Shown here: piece by piece, positions 49,486 through 63,384 of the stretch
Numbering within the stretch: the stretch's first letter is position 1
How the letters are laid out: every line of letters starts with the position of its first letter
Assembly (NCBI RefSeq): GCF_006345805.1
Contig: NC_042998.1
Span: 93,186,001-93,250,000 of the forward strand
DNA length: 64,000 nt
From: Octopus sinensis
Taxonomy: Eukaryota
Direction: 5' to 3'
The notes under the pieces: generated by a model
Seen by the model: the letters and a program-made list of their open reading frames with translations, nothing else
Told to the model about the DNA's origin: nothing
The model's database searches: none
Program-made: the position numbers and the translations under genes

Positions 49486-50711
49486 CCATTATTATTAAAG
49501 TTTATTAAATGTTTTTTTGATTTTATTTTTTTAGCCCAAGGGCTCAAGCCCAGTTACTCAGTTTTCCATAGTGTATAAATTACCAAGATCACAACAGTTC
49601 CCTTGAATGGAATGTCAGTTTGTTGCAGAGTTTAAAGGGAGAGTGCAAATCAGTTACATCAACCCCAGTACTTAACTGGTACTTTATTTTATCAACCCCC
49701 AAAGGGATGAAAGGCAAAGTTGATGTCAGTGAAATTTGAACTCAGAATGTAAAGAACCAGAAGAAATGCTGCTAAAGATTTTGTCTGACATAGTGACAAT
49801 TCTGCCAGCTTAACACCTTACCATTAAATGTTAGTTACATTGAATTGTGATGCATTTTATAAGCTATTTGCTGCAATCCTAGAGCAGGACACTGCAACCT
49901 GTAAGTATCTTTATTTATTAATGTATAGTATCAACAACAAAAGGAACCATAATACAGTCACTATACTTGCTAGAAATATCAGCTAAATCTTCTTCAAATC
50001 ATACCCTGTCATCTTAAGAACAGCAAGTCACATTGCATGATGTAGTCTAGCCACAGAATACTAGAAAAAAAATGTGACGGTCGTGTCTGGAATGTTTTTG
50101 ATCATAGGCCTGCTCTACCAAGGCCCTTCAAAGGTTAGCCAGTTATGAGCTGTAAATCATACTAGCCATATTCGGTAAATTATCTGATGCCCTCATAAGG
50201 TCATCATATTGCAAATTCTCAGTGCCTCTGTTCTTTTCTTTACAGCAAAAAGCCAATAAGAGAACCAGAACCACAATGAAGTCACTCTGACTGCTAGAAA
50301 TATCAGATCTTACTAAAATCACATCTTGTTATCTTAAAAACAGAAAGATGCAGTGCATAATACATTCCTTGTTACACTAAGACCAAACAAATTTAGGTTT
50401 ATTATGGTTGAAATAAGACTATGCAAACAGGGCTGTTGAAGAGCTAACAACAAATTTACAGAGGCTTAATCAAAAGAAAGAGTAACAGTTAAGTGGTATT
50501 GTGTCTGGTAATGGTCTACTAATCACCAAGTTAAAATGAGAATTTGCTCCATTTAATCCATATTGTTATGTAATTGTTCAAGAAGCTTGAAAATTATAGA
50601 CACAGGATTCAACAGCAGAAGGTAACATATGTCACTTATAATTAAGTACATGTAACACATGTCATTTATAATTTAGAAAACTAATGAGAAATTGCACTAA
50701 CATGAAATAAT

Positions 50712-51137
50712 TTTTTCATGACTGCATTCATATATTACCAGGCTACAGATCTGTGGAACATGTGGTTGGAAACAAAGATAATTAAAATATATTGCAGTGT
50801 GCAAAGACACCAATTAGATGTGACTACAGAAATAATATATCGGTATCTTAAATAAGATCAAACTTTAGTTCATAGATTTAAATAAAAGCCAAAGACTGTC
50901 ACTATATGCATGGCATTAAAATAATCCTTTCATGAATACACTCATACATTAAAAGCTACAGTTTGTGGAACATGTGGCTTGAAAAAAAAATAATTAAAAT
51001 ATATTACAGTCTAGAAAGATACTTATTAAATGTGACTACAGAGATAATATATCAGTTTCTTGGATAGGATCAAACTTTAGTTCATAGATTTAAATAAAAC
51101 CCAAAGTCTGTCAGTTTAAGCATGACATTAAAAAAAT
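50712..51137. repeat. Old two-unit tandem duplication (~213-bp period)
   Basis: Shared blocks tgtggaacatgtgg, ataattaaaatatatt, tgtgactacaga and an identical gatcaaactttagttcatagatttaaataaaa. Confidence 0.85.
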
Positions 51138-52604
51138 AGAAATTATGCACAACAGTGGTGACAGAAAGATAGAAAAGGTCCTGGCACCAGATTGTAATGA
51201 GAAATGTATTATTGGCAGATATGTTTGTAGTCAGAAGCTGAGTTTAAGATATATATATGACGCTGTAAATTTTTAATCATAAACCCATTTGGTAATCCAT
51301 AGGGGATATGGATGAAAGAGAATTAGCATTTTGAAATATGATTTCTGTCATGCATTGCTTTCTAACTGTATGTCATTATAACACATGGCAACCAATTTCT
51401 GGTCAGTCAACATTACTTAGAGACAACAATAAGCCAGGTGAATAATAAACATAGGTTTCCACTCTTTATTTGATGAATGAATTAAATCAATTTTGTGTTT
51501 GAAGTGCTACCTTATATTTTGCCTTCATTGGCTATTCACAGGCAATTTATTGTTGTCATAGTAGTTGTTGTCATGTGACCCCGTTCCTACTACCCCACCA
51601 CCGCCACCACCACCACCACTCGTACACTCGTACACTCGTGTACAGCTCTGTTCAAATAAATTACTATTAGATTACATTCTGACATATGAGTTATTTTATT
51701 TATCACTTATCTCACTACTTGCTACGCAATCATTATTTGCTGAAGCGATGAGGTTGGTGGTGTGCAAGGGTGGAGTGGTGGCGATGGGGAAAGCTAACTT
51801 AGACTTGGTTGGATTTGAATTCAGAACTAACACACCAAACAACTGATATCTTTCATACAGAATTTTATTGTTTAGAAGCGAGTTCCTATTATTACCGGGT
51901 CTTTGGTCTTTATGTAAAACTAATGGGTGTATACTATGTTGTGAAAGAAGGAAAGATTCATTGGGGTGGCTACTAGCAATAAAGGATGCCTTCATAGTAA
52001 CTAATGTGAATAGTGATATTTATGTATATACACACACGCATATACATACATATCATATATATACTTATATGTAAGTATGTTTGTATTCTATGTATGCTGT
52101 ATGTATATATTGTATGTATGTCTGTATGCATGCATGTGTGTATGTATGAATGTGTATATCTATATCTCTCTTTCACCCTATATGTGCCTGTGTGAGTGTG
52201 AGTGTGTGTGTTTGTGTGTGTGTATGTTTGTGTGTGAGCATATGTATATATGTATGTGCATGTACGTGTGCGTATACATATGCACACACAAGTAAACCTA
52301 TGTCTGCCTGTCTGTATGTGTGTATGTGTGTATGTGTGTAAGTATGCATGTATGTGTGGCTAAGTAGAATGAAGTTCACTTCCTAACTATGCGTTTCTGG
52401 TTCCATTCTATTGCATGGTATCTTGAGCAAATATATTCTACCATAGCCTTGAGATAACCAATGCTTTATGAATGAAATTAGTAGACAGAAGCCCATCATG
52501 TGTGTGGATGGATGTGGCTGCAAATGTGTGTTGCATACATGTGTCTTTACTTTACACCATTTTGGTAAGAGTGACCTACGTTTAGGTTTACTGCAAGCAA
52601 TCAT

Positions 52605-52955
52605 CATCATTATTTAATGTCCATTTTCCATGCTGGCATGGGTTGGACGGTTTGACTAGAGACTGACAAGCCAGGAGGCTGCCTTCGGCTCCAATCTGAT
52701 CTGGCAATGTTTCTACAGCTGGATGCCCTTCCTAACACCAACCATTCCAAGAGTGTAGTGGGTGCTTTTTACATGCCACAAGCATGGGAGCCAGTCAGGT
52801 GGCACTGGCATAGGCCATGTTTGGTTGGTGCTTTTTATGTGCTGCCACTGGCACAAGAGCCAGTCAGGGCGGCGGGTGTAGGGTGGCATCGACAATGTTC
52901 AAATGGTGCTTTTTACGTGTCACTAGCACAGGGAGCCAGTCAGGTGGCGCTGGCA
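52605..52955 (-). mobile_element. SINE-like family C with about three modules
   Basis: catcatcattatttaatgtcc...ggatgcccttcctaacaccaacc...modules ending gcactggc. Confidence 0.75.
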
Positions 52956-53319
52956 ACAACCCGAATTTACTAAAAGGTGACTCAAATCATAAAATGTTTC
53001 TTTACCTATTGACTTGCTTGTAGATGTTGATATTATTTCTTATATAAATGATTTAGTCTATGAAACTATAATTCTTTATTGTTATGGTGTAACAAACACC
53101 ACAATTAAAGGAGACTTCTTCATTTGAAGATAAGGATGGTATTAGTTTACTAATATTAGAAAGCATATTTCTTAAAATAAAAGGTGGCTGATTTTAATTT
53201 TTGTTGGTACGCTGTAAATTTTCATTGGGTTTTCTGAAAACGGTAACATTCATTAGTATATATGTTTCAAATAATGTCCAAGAAATTAACAATACTATTG
53301 TAAATATTACCATAATCAA

Positions 53320-53860
53320 AGGGGGTGAGCTGGCAGAAATGTTAGCATGCCAGGTGAAATGCTTAGCAGTATTTGGTCTGTCATTACGTTCTGAGTTCTA
53401 ATTCTGCTGAGGTTGACTTTGCCTTTCATTCTTTTGGGGTTGATAAATTAAATACCTGTTGTGTTCTGGAGTTGATCTAATTGACTGGCCTCTCCCCAAA
53501 ATTTCGGGCCTTGTGCCTAGAATAGAAAAGAATATTACCATAATCCTTGTAATTGGTCATTAGCTTGATAGTACAGAGCCCTTAACTGGAATTTGAGAGT
53601 TACATGTTTTGATTCCCTCTAGCAGCTTGCTAGTCACTTTTTTTAAGGCAGTAAACTGGCAAAATCGTTAGCATGCCAGGTAAAATGGTGCTAAGCATTT
53701 TGCCTGCCTTTATGTTATGGGTTCAAATTCCCTCAAGGTGGACTTTGCTTTTCATCCTTTCAGGGTTGATAAAATAAATACCAGTTGAGTAATGGGGCCA
53801 TTGTAATCGACTTACCCCTCCCCCAAATCTGCTGACCTTGTGCCAAAATCTGAAACCATT
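53320..53860 (+). mobile_element. Two tandem SINE family B copies (53320-53535, 53645-53860)
   Basis: Both have gagctggcagaa/aactggcaaaa heads and the gactttgc(c/t)tttcat central motif. Confidence 0.75.
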
Positions 53861-56800
53861 ATTACCATGATCCATAGACCTAATTCATCAGTTGATAAAA
53901 ACTACTTTCCCATGTTGGCATGGGATGGATGTGGTTTCGAGGCAGTAGTTTACAGCTTGATACTCTTCTTCTCATCAACCCTTTTAATTGCCTTTTATGA
54001 TATACAGGGACACATTGTGCCTATTCTGGAACAGAGAATTAGATCTAATCCTATAAATATATCTATAATATTATTTCTGATGCTCTATGAATAATAACTG
54101 CTTATATACATGACCTGTGGCCATTCATATTGTACTACTTATCATCAAGAATGAGTAATCAAAGAACAGATATTTCCTTACATGCATGATAATCTTTTTA
54201 TAAAACTCTTATTGAAATAAAATTAGTAGTGAACGCTAAAACTTAATGGAAAAGAAGTTTAGTTATGGAGGGAAAATTTTTTAGACCGAATTGTGTAAAT
54301 TTGTGATGATGATATTGTTGAAACACTCTGTGGTAATGATATTGGCTTTTTTTAGTTTTAAGGATAATTGAAAGGAGGATATTATTGCTGACTATATTTT
54401 AATTCCCTTTTAAAAGAGTTAATTAACCTACTTGTGAGTTTATTAAGGAAATTGAATATATGGTCTTTTCATGTAATATAGGATTTACATAAAGTTAAAT
54501 ATCCAACTCTATCATCTATTTTAAGGCTAGTAGTTATTTCTTTAGCTTCAAGATTTATGGCCATTACAGGACAAAAGTCTTTGGAATATGTTACTGCATG
54601 TATTGTATACATATTTAGTTGTGTCCAATGAAACATGAACGAATATAGAAGTTTGCTTTTAGATTCTAGTGTAAATAGTTCTGAAAGCTATTTTCAAATC
54701 TCTTTAAAACATTCCATTTTCACCAAGTTAAAATGATTTGCTTGTGCAAAATAGCTCCAGTGGTTTGATTTGTTGAGGACATGTTCTCATCTTGAATGAA
54801 AATTGTATGAATGCCAATGCTATCTTTGTTAAAAAGAGTGCTTGCTACTTCATCCTTTTTTTTGTAAAATCATCAGACTTTTGATGAGACATTTCAAATG
54901 ATATTATTTTTGAAAACATAAGAATATTTTTGGAAAAAGAATTTGATGGAAGATGTTCTACAGCTCTTTTATTCTATCTGTCTCTAGTGCTCTGTGAATT
55001 CAGAGGTAATAGATAAACAGATATGCAAAGAAGAGTGAAAATAAATTTTAAAATGTCTTCCACAAATGTGCTAATTGACTAGATGTTGAATCTTCACAAA
55101 TTGTTACTGTGAATTTCTTTTAATGCCAATCTTTCAATGATTTTGAAAAATGGATCATAACATTTATTGTTTTAAAATGTGCAAATAGGATTTTATAAAT
55201 AAGATAGCAAACACTGGTTAGATGGTAAAATACAATGGGAAGGTGTAATGATCTGGTAGGATGTAATAGACAGATATTGGTTGACTGATGTGAACTCATG
55301 AAAAAAGAGCCATATTGGACAAAAAATATATAATGATAAATAAAATAAAACAGAATAAAAATTTGACAAAATATATATTAAAAAACATCATGTTTTCACT
55401 GAGAGAAGGTGATTTGCAGAATGTAGAATAAAAATTTCCATGGGTGTAAAATGATGCAAAGTTTAAAATGAGTCCGTAGATTCTATAAGCTTTATCAAAG
55501 AATATTTATTTCTTGAAGGAATTTGAGTTCTTTGGGGAAGATTTGCATTGCCTTACATCCAAAGGGATTTGCATTTAAGTTGCATTGTATACTCTGCTTC
55601 AGTGAAAAGGTTTTGTTCCAAGGCTAGAATGGATTAATTAAATGATTGGAATTTGTTAACTATTGCAGACATTCCACAACATTTTTGCTTTAGAATATTG
55701 TATTATTAAATGAATAATTAACCTACAAGATGTAACATGAACATTTTATTAACTCTTGAGTTTTTAATATTAACATTTTCATTTTTGATTCATATTGTTT
55801 CATTTGCACTAATATCATCATTTATCATCATCATTGTCATCATTGTTGTTATCATCCTCATCATCATCATTATCATCTTCCTCATCATCATCGCCATTTA
55901 GCGTCCATTTTCCATACTGGTATGAGTTGAATGGTTTGATAGGAGGTGGTAAGAGTGGGAGCTCAGTTGGTTCCATTGTCTGTTTTGGTATGGTTTCTAT
56001 GAGTGAAAGCCCTTCCCAATACCAATCACATTACAGAGTATACTGGGTGTCTTTTCATGTGGTAAGGGCACTGGTGCTAAAAATACATGCATACATGTGT
56101 AAATATATATACATGTATATATAGCACATAAAAACACCTTTTGAGCATGGTTTTTGCCAGTACCACATGACTGGCCCTCATGCCGGTGGCACATAAAAGG
56201 CACCCACTACACTCTTGGAGTGGTTAGGAAGGGCAGCCAGCTGTAGAAACTTTGCCAGATCAAATTGAGCCTGGTGCAGCCTCTGGCTCACCAGTCCTTG
56301 GTCAATCCATCCAACCCATGCTAGCATGGAAAGCAGATGTAAAACGATGATGGTGATGATACACACACACACACACATACACATCTATATACAGATATGG
56401 CTGTGTAGTCAAGAAGATTTGCTTTCCAGCCACATGATTTCTGATCCACTTGCACAGAACTGCATCATGTGCAAGTTTTTTCCACTATAGACCTGCATTG
56501 ATCAAAGCATTGATAGCCAATGTGTTAAATGGAAACTAAAAGAATCCCACTGCATGTATATATATATGTGTATTTGTGCATGGATATGTGTGTTTGTGTA
56601 TGTTGGTGTCTCATTGTTTTAACATTGTGTCATAATTGTAAAATCTGTGTCATCATCTTATTGTTCGCTTCCATTCTTTCATGAAGATGTATCTCTCTAT
56701 AATGAAACATTACTTTGCTTGGAAACAGATGAGGAATAGCAACATGAAGGGTTTCAGGCTGTAAAATTGGTTTCAACAAATTCCAACTGATTCATGTAAA

Positions 56801-57251
56801 CATGGAAAAGGAGGAGAGGGGCGGTCATAATGATGATGATGATCATCATCATCATCATTTAACATCTATTGTCCATGCCAGCATGGGTTGGACGGTTTGA
56901 TCAGAGCTGGTAAGCCGAGGGGCTGCACCAGTCTCCAGTCTGATTTGGCAAGGTTTCTACAGCTGGATACCCTTCCTAATGCCAACCACTCCAAGAGTGC
57001 AATGGGTGCTTTTACGTGCCATCAGCATGGATGCCAATTGTGTGACACTGGTATCTACCATGACTGTGATTTCACGTGGCTTGATGGGTTTTCTGCTCAA
57101 GCACAGTATATTGCCAAAGGTCTTGGTCATTTGTCATTGCCTCTGTGAAGTCTAATGCTCAAAAGGTTTTCACATGCCATTGATGATATATATTCTTTAC
57201 CTATATCTAATAGATTTTTCATTGTCTAATTTATTCTTTGTTATTATTATC

Positions 57252-57809
57252 ATTGAGCATGAGATCAGCACTTGCCATGAAAGTGATGTAGGGTACAAAC
57301 ATACAAAGCCCAATATACCCATCATGACTATTCACTGGTAAGGGCACACAGGCATCACAATCATATGTGTTTGATGTGATGACTTCATATCAGGTTAGCA
57401 GCTCATGGCCTTGCAGGTGGGGCCCAGTTATAATTTTCTTCAAGTCAAGTAGCCCATCCTACTTAAAAGGTCCCTGAATAAGGGTTGTTTAATGATAATG
57501 AACAAAACACCTATGCGTCCATTGGCGAATTATTCAAGCCCCAAAGAATTCCTCTCAATACATGGCTATGATGCACCCCAACTACTCCTACTCATGATCA
57601 GAGATGCATATATCATCAGCCATTAAATAACATGTTCAACTGGTTAAAGTCAAGCAACTGTAAAGCAAATTTATGGTATTAAGAAAAATATTTGGTTTAG
57701 CCCATTTTTTATACCAAAACAAAACATCAAAACATGTACATGATAACACTTCCAATCAGTTAAGATCAGAAGCCATGAGAGCCACTGCCTAGTATTGCAT
57801 GAAGGCATT
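57252..57809 (-). mobile_element. Family T repeat, copy 4 (older, diverged)
   Basis: Reverse complement of family T, flanked by (TTA)n. Confidence 0.8.
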
Positions 57810-57857
57810 TGTTATCACTATTATTATTATCATCATCATTATTATTATTATTATTAA

Positions 57858-57918
<61 letters not shown>

Positions 57919-57919
<1 letters not shown>

Positions 57920-58110
57920 CTTCTTTCTTCAAATTTTCTTCTGTTTCTCGCCGAGTGTTTTCCGTACACCTAGGGCAGAGAAGCTCATTTTATGCATTTC
58001 AAGATTACACACACAAATTCACAGGTAAAATATGTATTTAAAAAATTAATAAATAAATAAATTCATGAATGGATGTTGTTTTCACAGTGATAATGCTCTT
58101 CTCAGTACAT
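57919..58110 (-). mobile_element. 3' end of R4/Dong subfamily 2
   Basis: Reverse complement matches 30550-30745 (tactgagaagagcattatc...ggaaaacactc...gaagaaaatttg); flanked by (TTA)n. Confidence 0.8.
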
Positions 58111-58118
58111 CATTATTA

Positions 58119-58160
<42 letters not shown>

Positions 58161-58186
58161 GTTATTATTACTATTATTATCATCAT

Positions 58187-58660
58187 AAATGTCACACAGT
58201 ATCCAATATCATGATGTTATGGATTGAAGATATCGTGTCTGTTGGAGGTTAATACTGTCTGCCAAGTCACAGCAAAGACTTCAGACAGACAGTACTTTAT
58301 GTGTGCAGCTCCAAGCAGAGCTGATTTTTGCAATACACCTAGATTGTAAAGTATTTCTAAGGTTTCCAGATGTTTCTTCAGGTCAGGTGGTATTGAACCC
58401 AATTATCTGATGACAACAGTGACAACCTTTATGTTTGACTCTCATGGCTATCACATCTTGGTGATCTCAATTCTGAGATCTCTATATTTATCTACCTTTT
58501 CTCTTCGTTTCATGATATGTTGACCTCCTGGCATTGCCACATCGATTATTAGGCACTCTTGTTTGTCCTTCCTAATGGTTTCTATATCCAGCCTTTGGTG
58601 CTCTAACATCTTGTCTGTCTAAAAGCCAAAGTCACAGAGGATCTTTGCCTTCGACTTTTT
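58187..58660 (-). mobile_element. R4/Dong REL-domain 3' fragment, third subfamily
   Basis: TDKMLEHQRLDI...IIDVAMP...KVDKYRDL...LGSIPPDLKKHLETL...LQKSALLGAAHI. Confidence 0.8.
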
Positions 58661-58755
58661 GTCTATTGTGTTTGGGGAAAGCAAAGGTAAAAAGGTAATG
58701 GATAGAAAGGGGAAGGCAAAGATCTAGTCTTCTTCCTCGTCTTCTTCTTCTTCTT

Positions 58756-58845
<90 letters not shown>

Positions 58846-58984
58846 AAAATGAAGTAATGAAGTAAATTGAGATGATTATTTTTAACTTGTGGAAGACACA
58901 TGAAGTGTCAAAATGTTGTTCATTCGATAACAGTTGCACTCTTCTTTAGGAGGAGTAACATCAATCCTTTATTATTATTATTAA

Positions 58985-59028
<44 letters not shown>

Positions 59029-59029
<1 letters not shown>

Positions 59030-60395
59030 GCTTTTCTTTTTAGTACATTTTTTGTTGAAACTCCTGCAGTTTTGCATGCATAATGGGTTTGCTACCTAAA
59101 GCTTACGGTCACATGCTATCTGTTCTTTTCAGCTATCTAATACTTTCCTGATTATTCTGGCTGTGTCAAGGAGGCAAACCTTTTGTAACATTTCTACTGG
59201 GCATTCTATTCCAATTTCCTTTATATTCCTCTTGATGCCTTCAGATACTGTTCCCCAGGACACAACAATAATTGGCACTATCTTCAAATTCTTAATTTTC
59301 CAAAGCCAGGCTATTTTGTACTTACGAAGGTTGTATTTATCTATCTTCTCACCTTCCTTCTTGACTATTCATGGATCAAAAGAGCATGCAATATCAACTA
59401 TATAGCACGCATAGTGCACTTTGTCCACTACCACTAGGTTCAGTCTGTTATGCTTTAGCACCTGATCTATTTGGATTGGGTAATCCCAGAGGATTTTGCT
59501 AGCCTCTGACTCCTCCACTCTCTGTGGTTTGTGCTCATACCACGTCTTTCCTCTCTCTAGCCCCTACTTTTCAGATAGTTTCCATTGTAGCACTTTGCTA
59601 CCTGATCATGTTGCCACAACTTGCAGTAGTCTTGGGTAAGTCTAGGGCATTTGTTCATGATATGGGCAATGGTTTCATCCACCCTATTACAGATGCAGCA
59701 CAGTGAAGACATTTGTTCATTCCTAGGGTTAACCCTCCAGTTCATAGCCAACGCTTGGTCATGCGCAGCCAGTATAATGCTCTCAGTCTCGTTTTTTAGT
59801 GTTCCTTTCTTTAGCCAATCCCACCAATTTTATCGTGAAGTCCTTTGTTGCATAATTTTTCTTCATGTCCTTTTTGTACTTCCTTTTTTCTCTTCTTTCA
59901 ATACTCCATCATTTCTACCTGATATTAGCAAGATTTCCTTACTTTGGGCTAGGCATCTCATTAAGGTCTCAAGTTCAATAAGTATGCAGTCTTTCACACT
60001 TATCAGTCCTCTTCCTCCATTTGCTCTCTTCACATATAGATGGTCAATGAGTGCATGTAGATGATGGGCTCCATGCATCATTAGGAGTTTTCTTGACTTC
60101 CTGTCCATCTCCTTTAGTTCCTCCTTTGTCCACTTCATCATTCCAGCACCATAATGAACTACTGCGACTATGTGTGAGTTTATTACCAAAATTATGTTTC
60201 TGGCATTCAGTTTTGAAGCCAATATTTTTCTCACTCACCACAGGTACTCTCTTTTTGTCTTTTCCTTCATGTCATTGTGTTTAATTCCATCTGCCTCAAG
60301 TATTCCCAGGTATTTATAGCCAGATTGGGGTTGAACTCCCTTCATCATTTCACCACTTGGCAACAAACTGTCTCCTGTCCTGACAAGCTTTCCTT
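59029..60395 (-). mobile_element. R4/Dong-like fragment (post-RT to REL)
   Basis: RKILASKLNARNII...KWTKEELKEMDRKSRKLL...LYVKRANGGRGL...CCICNRVDETIAHIMNKC...HDQVAK. Confidence 0.82.
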
Positions 60396-60700
60396 GTCAG
60401 CCACTAAGGGACATGCTTAACTGGTTAAGGTCAAACAACTGACAAGCAAATCTGTGGTATTGAGCAGAATATTTGCAGTAGCCTATCTTTTATACCAAGA
60501 AAAAACAATGTACATGATAACACTTCCAGTCAGTTAAGATCAAAAGACATGAGGACCACTGCCTGGTACTGCATCAGGGCTATTATTACCTCTGCCTTCA
60601 CTAAGGCGGAGGTATTGTTTACAGTTGTGTTTGTTTGTTTGTCTGTCTGTGGACAAGATATCAAAAGCCGTGAGGACCACTGCCTGGTACTGCATCAGGG

Positions 60701-60702
<2 letters not shown>
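60395..60702 (-). mobile_element. Family T 5' part with an embedded HINE 3' hairpin fragment
   Basis: Hairpin tacctctgccttcactaaggcggaggta (60587-60614) and (CAAA)n segment between two copies of the family T start (tgaggaccactgcctggtactgcatcagggc). Confidence 0.8.
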
Positions 60703-60777
<75 letters not shown>

Positions 60778-60778
<1 letters not shown>

Positions 60779-62140
60779 CATTAGCTTCTTCCTTTGATTC
60801 TGTTTCCATTTCTTGCTGAGTGTTTTCCTGATACCTTGAGCAGAGGAACGTACTGTATACATTGGTAGGCCATTAAAATAAATACACCAGATTATTCATT
60901 CATAAAGTCATGTGATAGAGAAAAAGGGGAAGAAAGACAGAGAGGAAAAGGAAAAAATAAAAATAAAAAAGTAAACAAATAAAATAAAGGGGTGGGGAGA
61001 AAATTCACAGCAACAATGCTCTTCTCAATATGTGTGATGTACCAGTTAAAACAATCTTTTGCATTTCCTGCATGGATGGTTTTCTTAAATAATTTTCAGT
61101 TCCTTTTTTTGATCATCCCAAGTGCTCCTGCAACACTGGTATCGTAATTGTCTTGAGATGTCACAGATTTTCAATTAGCAAATCTTTATATGTTCTGAGC
61201 TTATCAAATTCTTGTTTTAGTCTTCCATAACAATGTCAGGTTTATTTGCTTTGAAAGTCCAGTCTGTACATACTGTTGTTAGAATAGTTATAAAGCATAG
61301 TTACATTTTCACCCTCAGTTACAGCCTCAGGGTGGTGCTTCTACCATTTGTCAGTAGTTTTGATTTTATAATTCTGACACATTATCCAATGTAAATATTG
61401 GCCAACTCTGTCATGTCTGGATTTGTACTCTACAGGATTATTATCATTATTATTATTATTATTATTATTTATTATTATTATCATTAGCTTCTTCCTTTGA
61501 TTCTGTTTCCATTTCTTGCTGAGTGTTTTCCTGATACCTTGAGCAGAGGAACGTACTGTATACATTGGTAGGCCATTAAAATAAATACACCAGATTATTC
61601 ATTCATAAAGTCATGTGATAGAGAAAAAGGGGAAGAAAGACAGAGAGGAAAAGGAAAAAATAAAAATAAAAAAGTAAACAAATAAAATAAAGGGGTGGGG
61701 AGAAAATTCACAGCAACAATGCTCTTCTCAATATGTGTGATGTACCAGTTAAAACAATCTTTTGCATTTCCTGCATGGATGGTTTTCTTAAATAATTTTC
61801 AGTTCCTTTTTTTGATCATCCCAAGTGCTCCTGCAACACTGGTATCGTAATTGTCTTGAGATGTCACAGATTTTCAATTAGCAAATCTTTATATGTTCTG
61901 AGCTTATCAAATTCTTGTTTTAGTCTTCCATAACAATGTCAGGTTTATTTGCTTTGAAAGTCCAGTCTGTACATACTGTTGTTAGAATAGTTATAAAGCA
62001 TAGTTACATTTTCACCCTCAGTTACAGCCTCAGGGTGGTGCTTCTACCATTTGTCAGTAGTTTTGATTTTATAATTCTGACACATTATCCAATGTAAATA
62101 TTGGCCAACTCTGTCATGTCTGGATTTGTACTCTACAGGA
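60778..62140 (-). repeat. Near-identical 703-bp tandem duplication of an R4/Dong 3' fragment
   Basis: ttagcttcttcctttgattc at 60781 and 61484; each unit encodes PVEYKSRHDRVGQYLHW...; units bounded by (TTA)n. Confidence 0.92.
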
Positions 62141-62146
62141 TTATTA

Positions 62147-62196
<50 letters not shown>

Positions 62197-62437
62197 TGCT
62201 TCTTTATTGCCCACAGAGGGCTAAACATAGAATGAACAAACAAAGGGATTAAGTCGATTACATCGACCCCAGTGCATAACTGGTACTTAATTTATTGACC
62301 CCCGAAAGGATGAAAGGCAAAATCGACCTTGGTGGAATTTGAACTCAGAATGTAAAGACAGATGAAATACCGCTGAGCATGTTGCCCGGTGTGGTAACAT
62401 TTCTGCCAGCTCGCCACCTTTATTATTATTATCATTA

Positions 62438-62469
<32 letters not shown>

Positions 62470-62705
62470 TATTATTATTATTATTATTATAAAGACAATG
62501 AGTTGACAGAATCATTAGTGCGCTAAACAAAATGCTCATGATATTTCACCCATTGCTATGTTCTGTCTTCAAATTCTCTCGAGGTTGACTTTACCTTTCA
62601 TCCTTTCAGGGTCGATAAAATAAGTACCAGTTGAACACTTGTATTGATGTAATCGACTCATCCCCTGCCGCAAAATTGTTGTCCTTGTGGCAAAATTTGA
62701 AACCA
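62197..62705. mobile_element. Two divergent SINE family B copies (62197-62420 minus, 62495-62705 plus) separated by (TTA)n
   Basis: Family B head and central motif on each strand. Confidence 0.78.
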
Positions 62706-63193
62706 TTATTATTATTGTTATTGTTGTTGTTGTTGAAAGTGCTTTTACAATATCAGAACTGAAAAAAAGATATTTATATATGTGCAATACCTATCATTGC
62801 ATCAGATTATCTTTTTCTTACACCAAACCAGCCAATGATATCTTTCCATTGTATTATACTAGTAAACAAAAGCACACTATTTTATTCAAAGTCTTCCATA
62901 TGTATTTTAAATAATAAATGCTATGTTCCATTTTCCATAACTGTCCAAAGATCACCAAGGAAAAATTGGAGATTTAGTTTGTGAAAATTTAGTTTTGCAA
63001 TCACATGTAATACTGTTGTATGCAAAAATAAAACCAACTTATTCTTATCAGTGTTATGAATCTGGATTTCTTGCACCTATGGATTATATCTTATAGAACA
63101 ACAAATCCACAACATGAAAATACTAGTCCTGAAATGAAGGTCACTGGGACTCTGTATCAAATCTGTATAAGAAATATGCCAGGATATGTGTGT

Positions 63194-63194
<1 letters not shown>

Positions 63195-63275
<81 letters not shown>
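63195..63275 (+). repeat. (ATCT)n microsatellite
   Basis: Directly visible. Confidence 0.95.
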
Positions 63276-63384
63276 GTACATACATATATCTGTATATATG
63301 TATGAATGTCCAGTCCTGTTAAGAATACACCTGATGCATTGGGCAATATGATATGCTTGAGAAAACCTGTTGAATCAATTAAAA

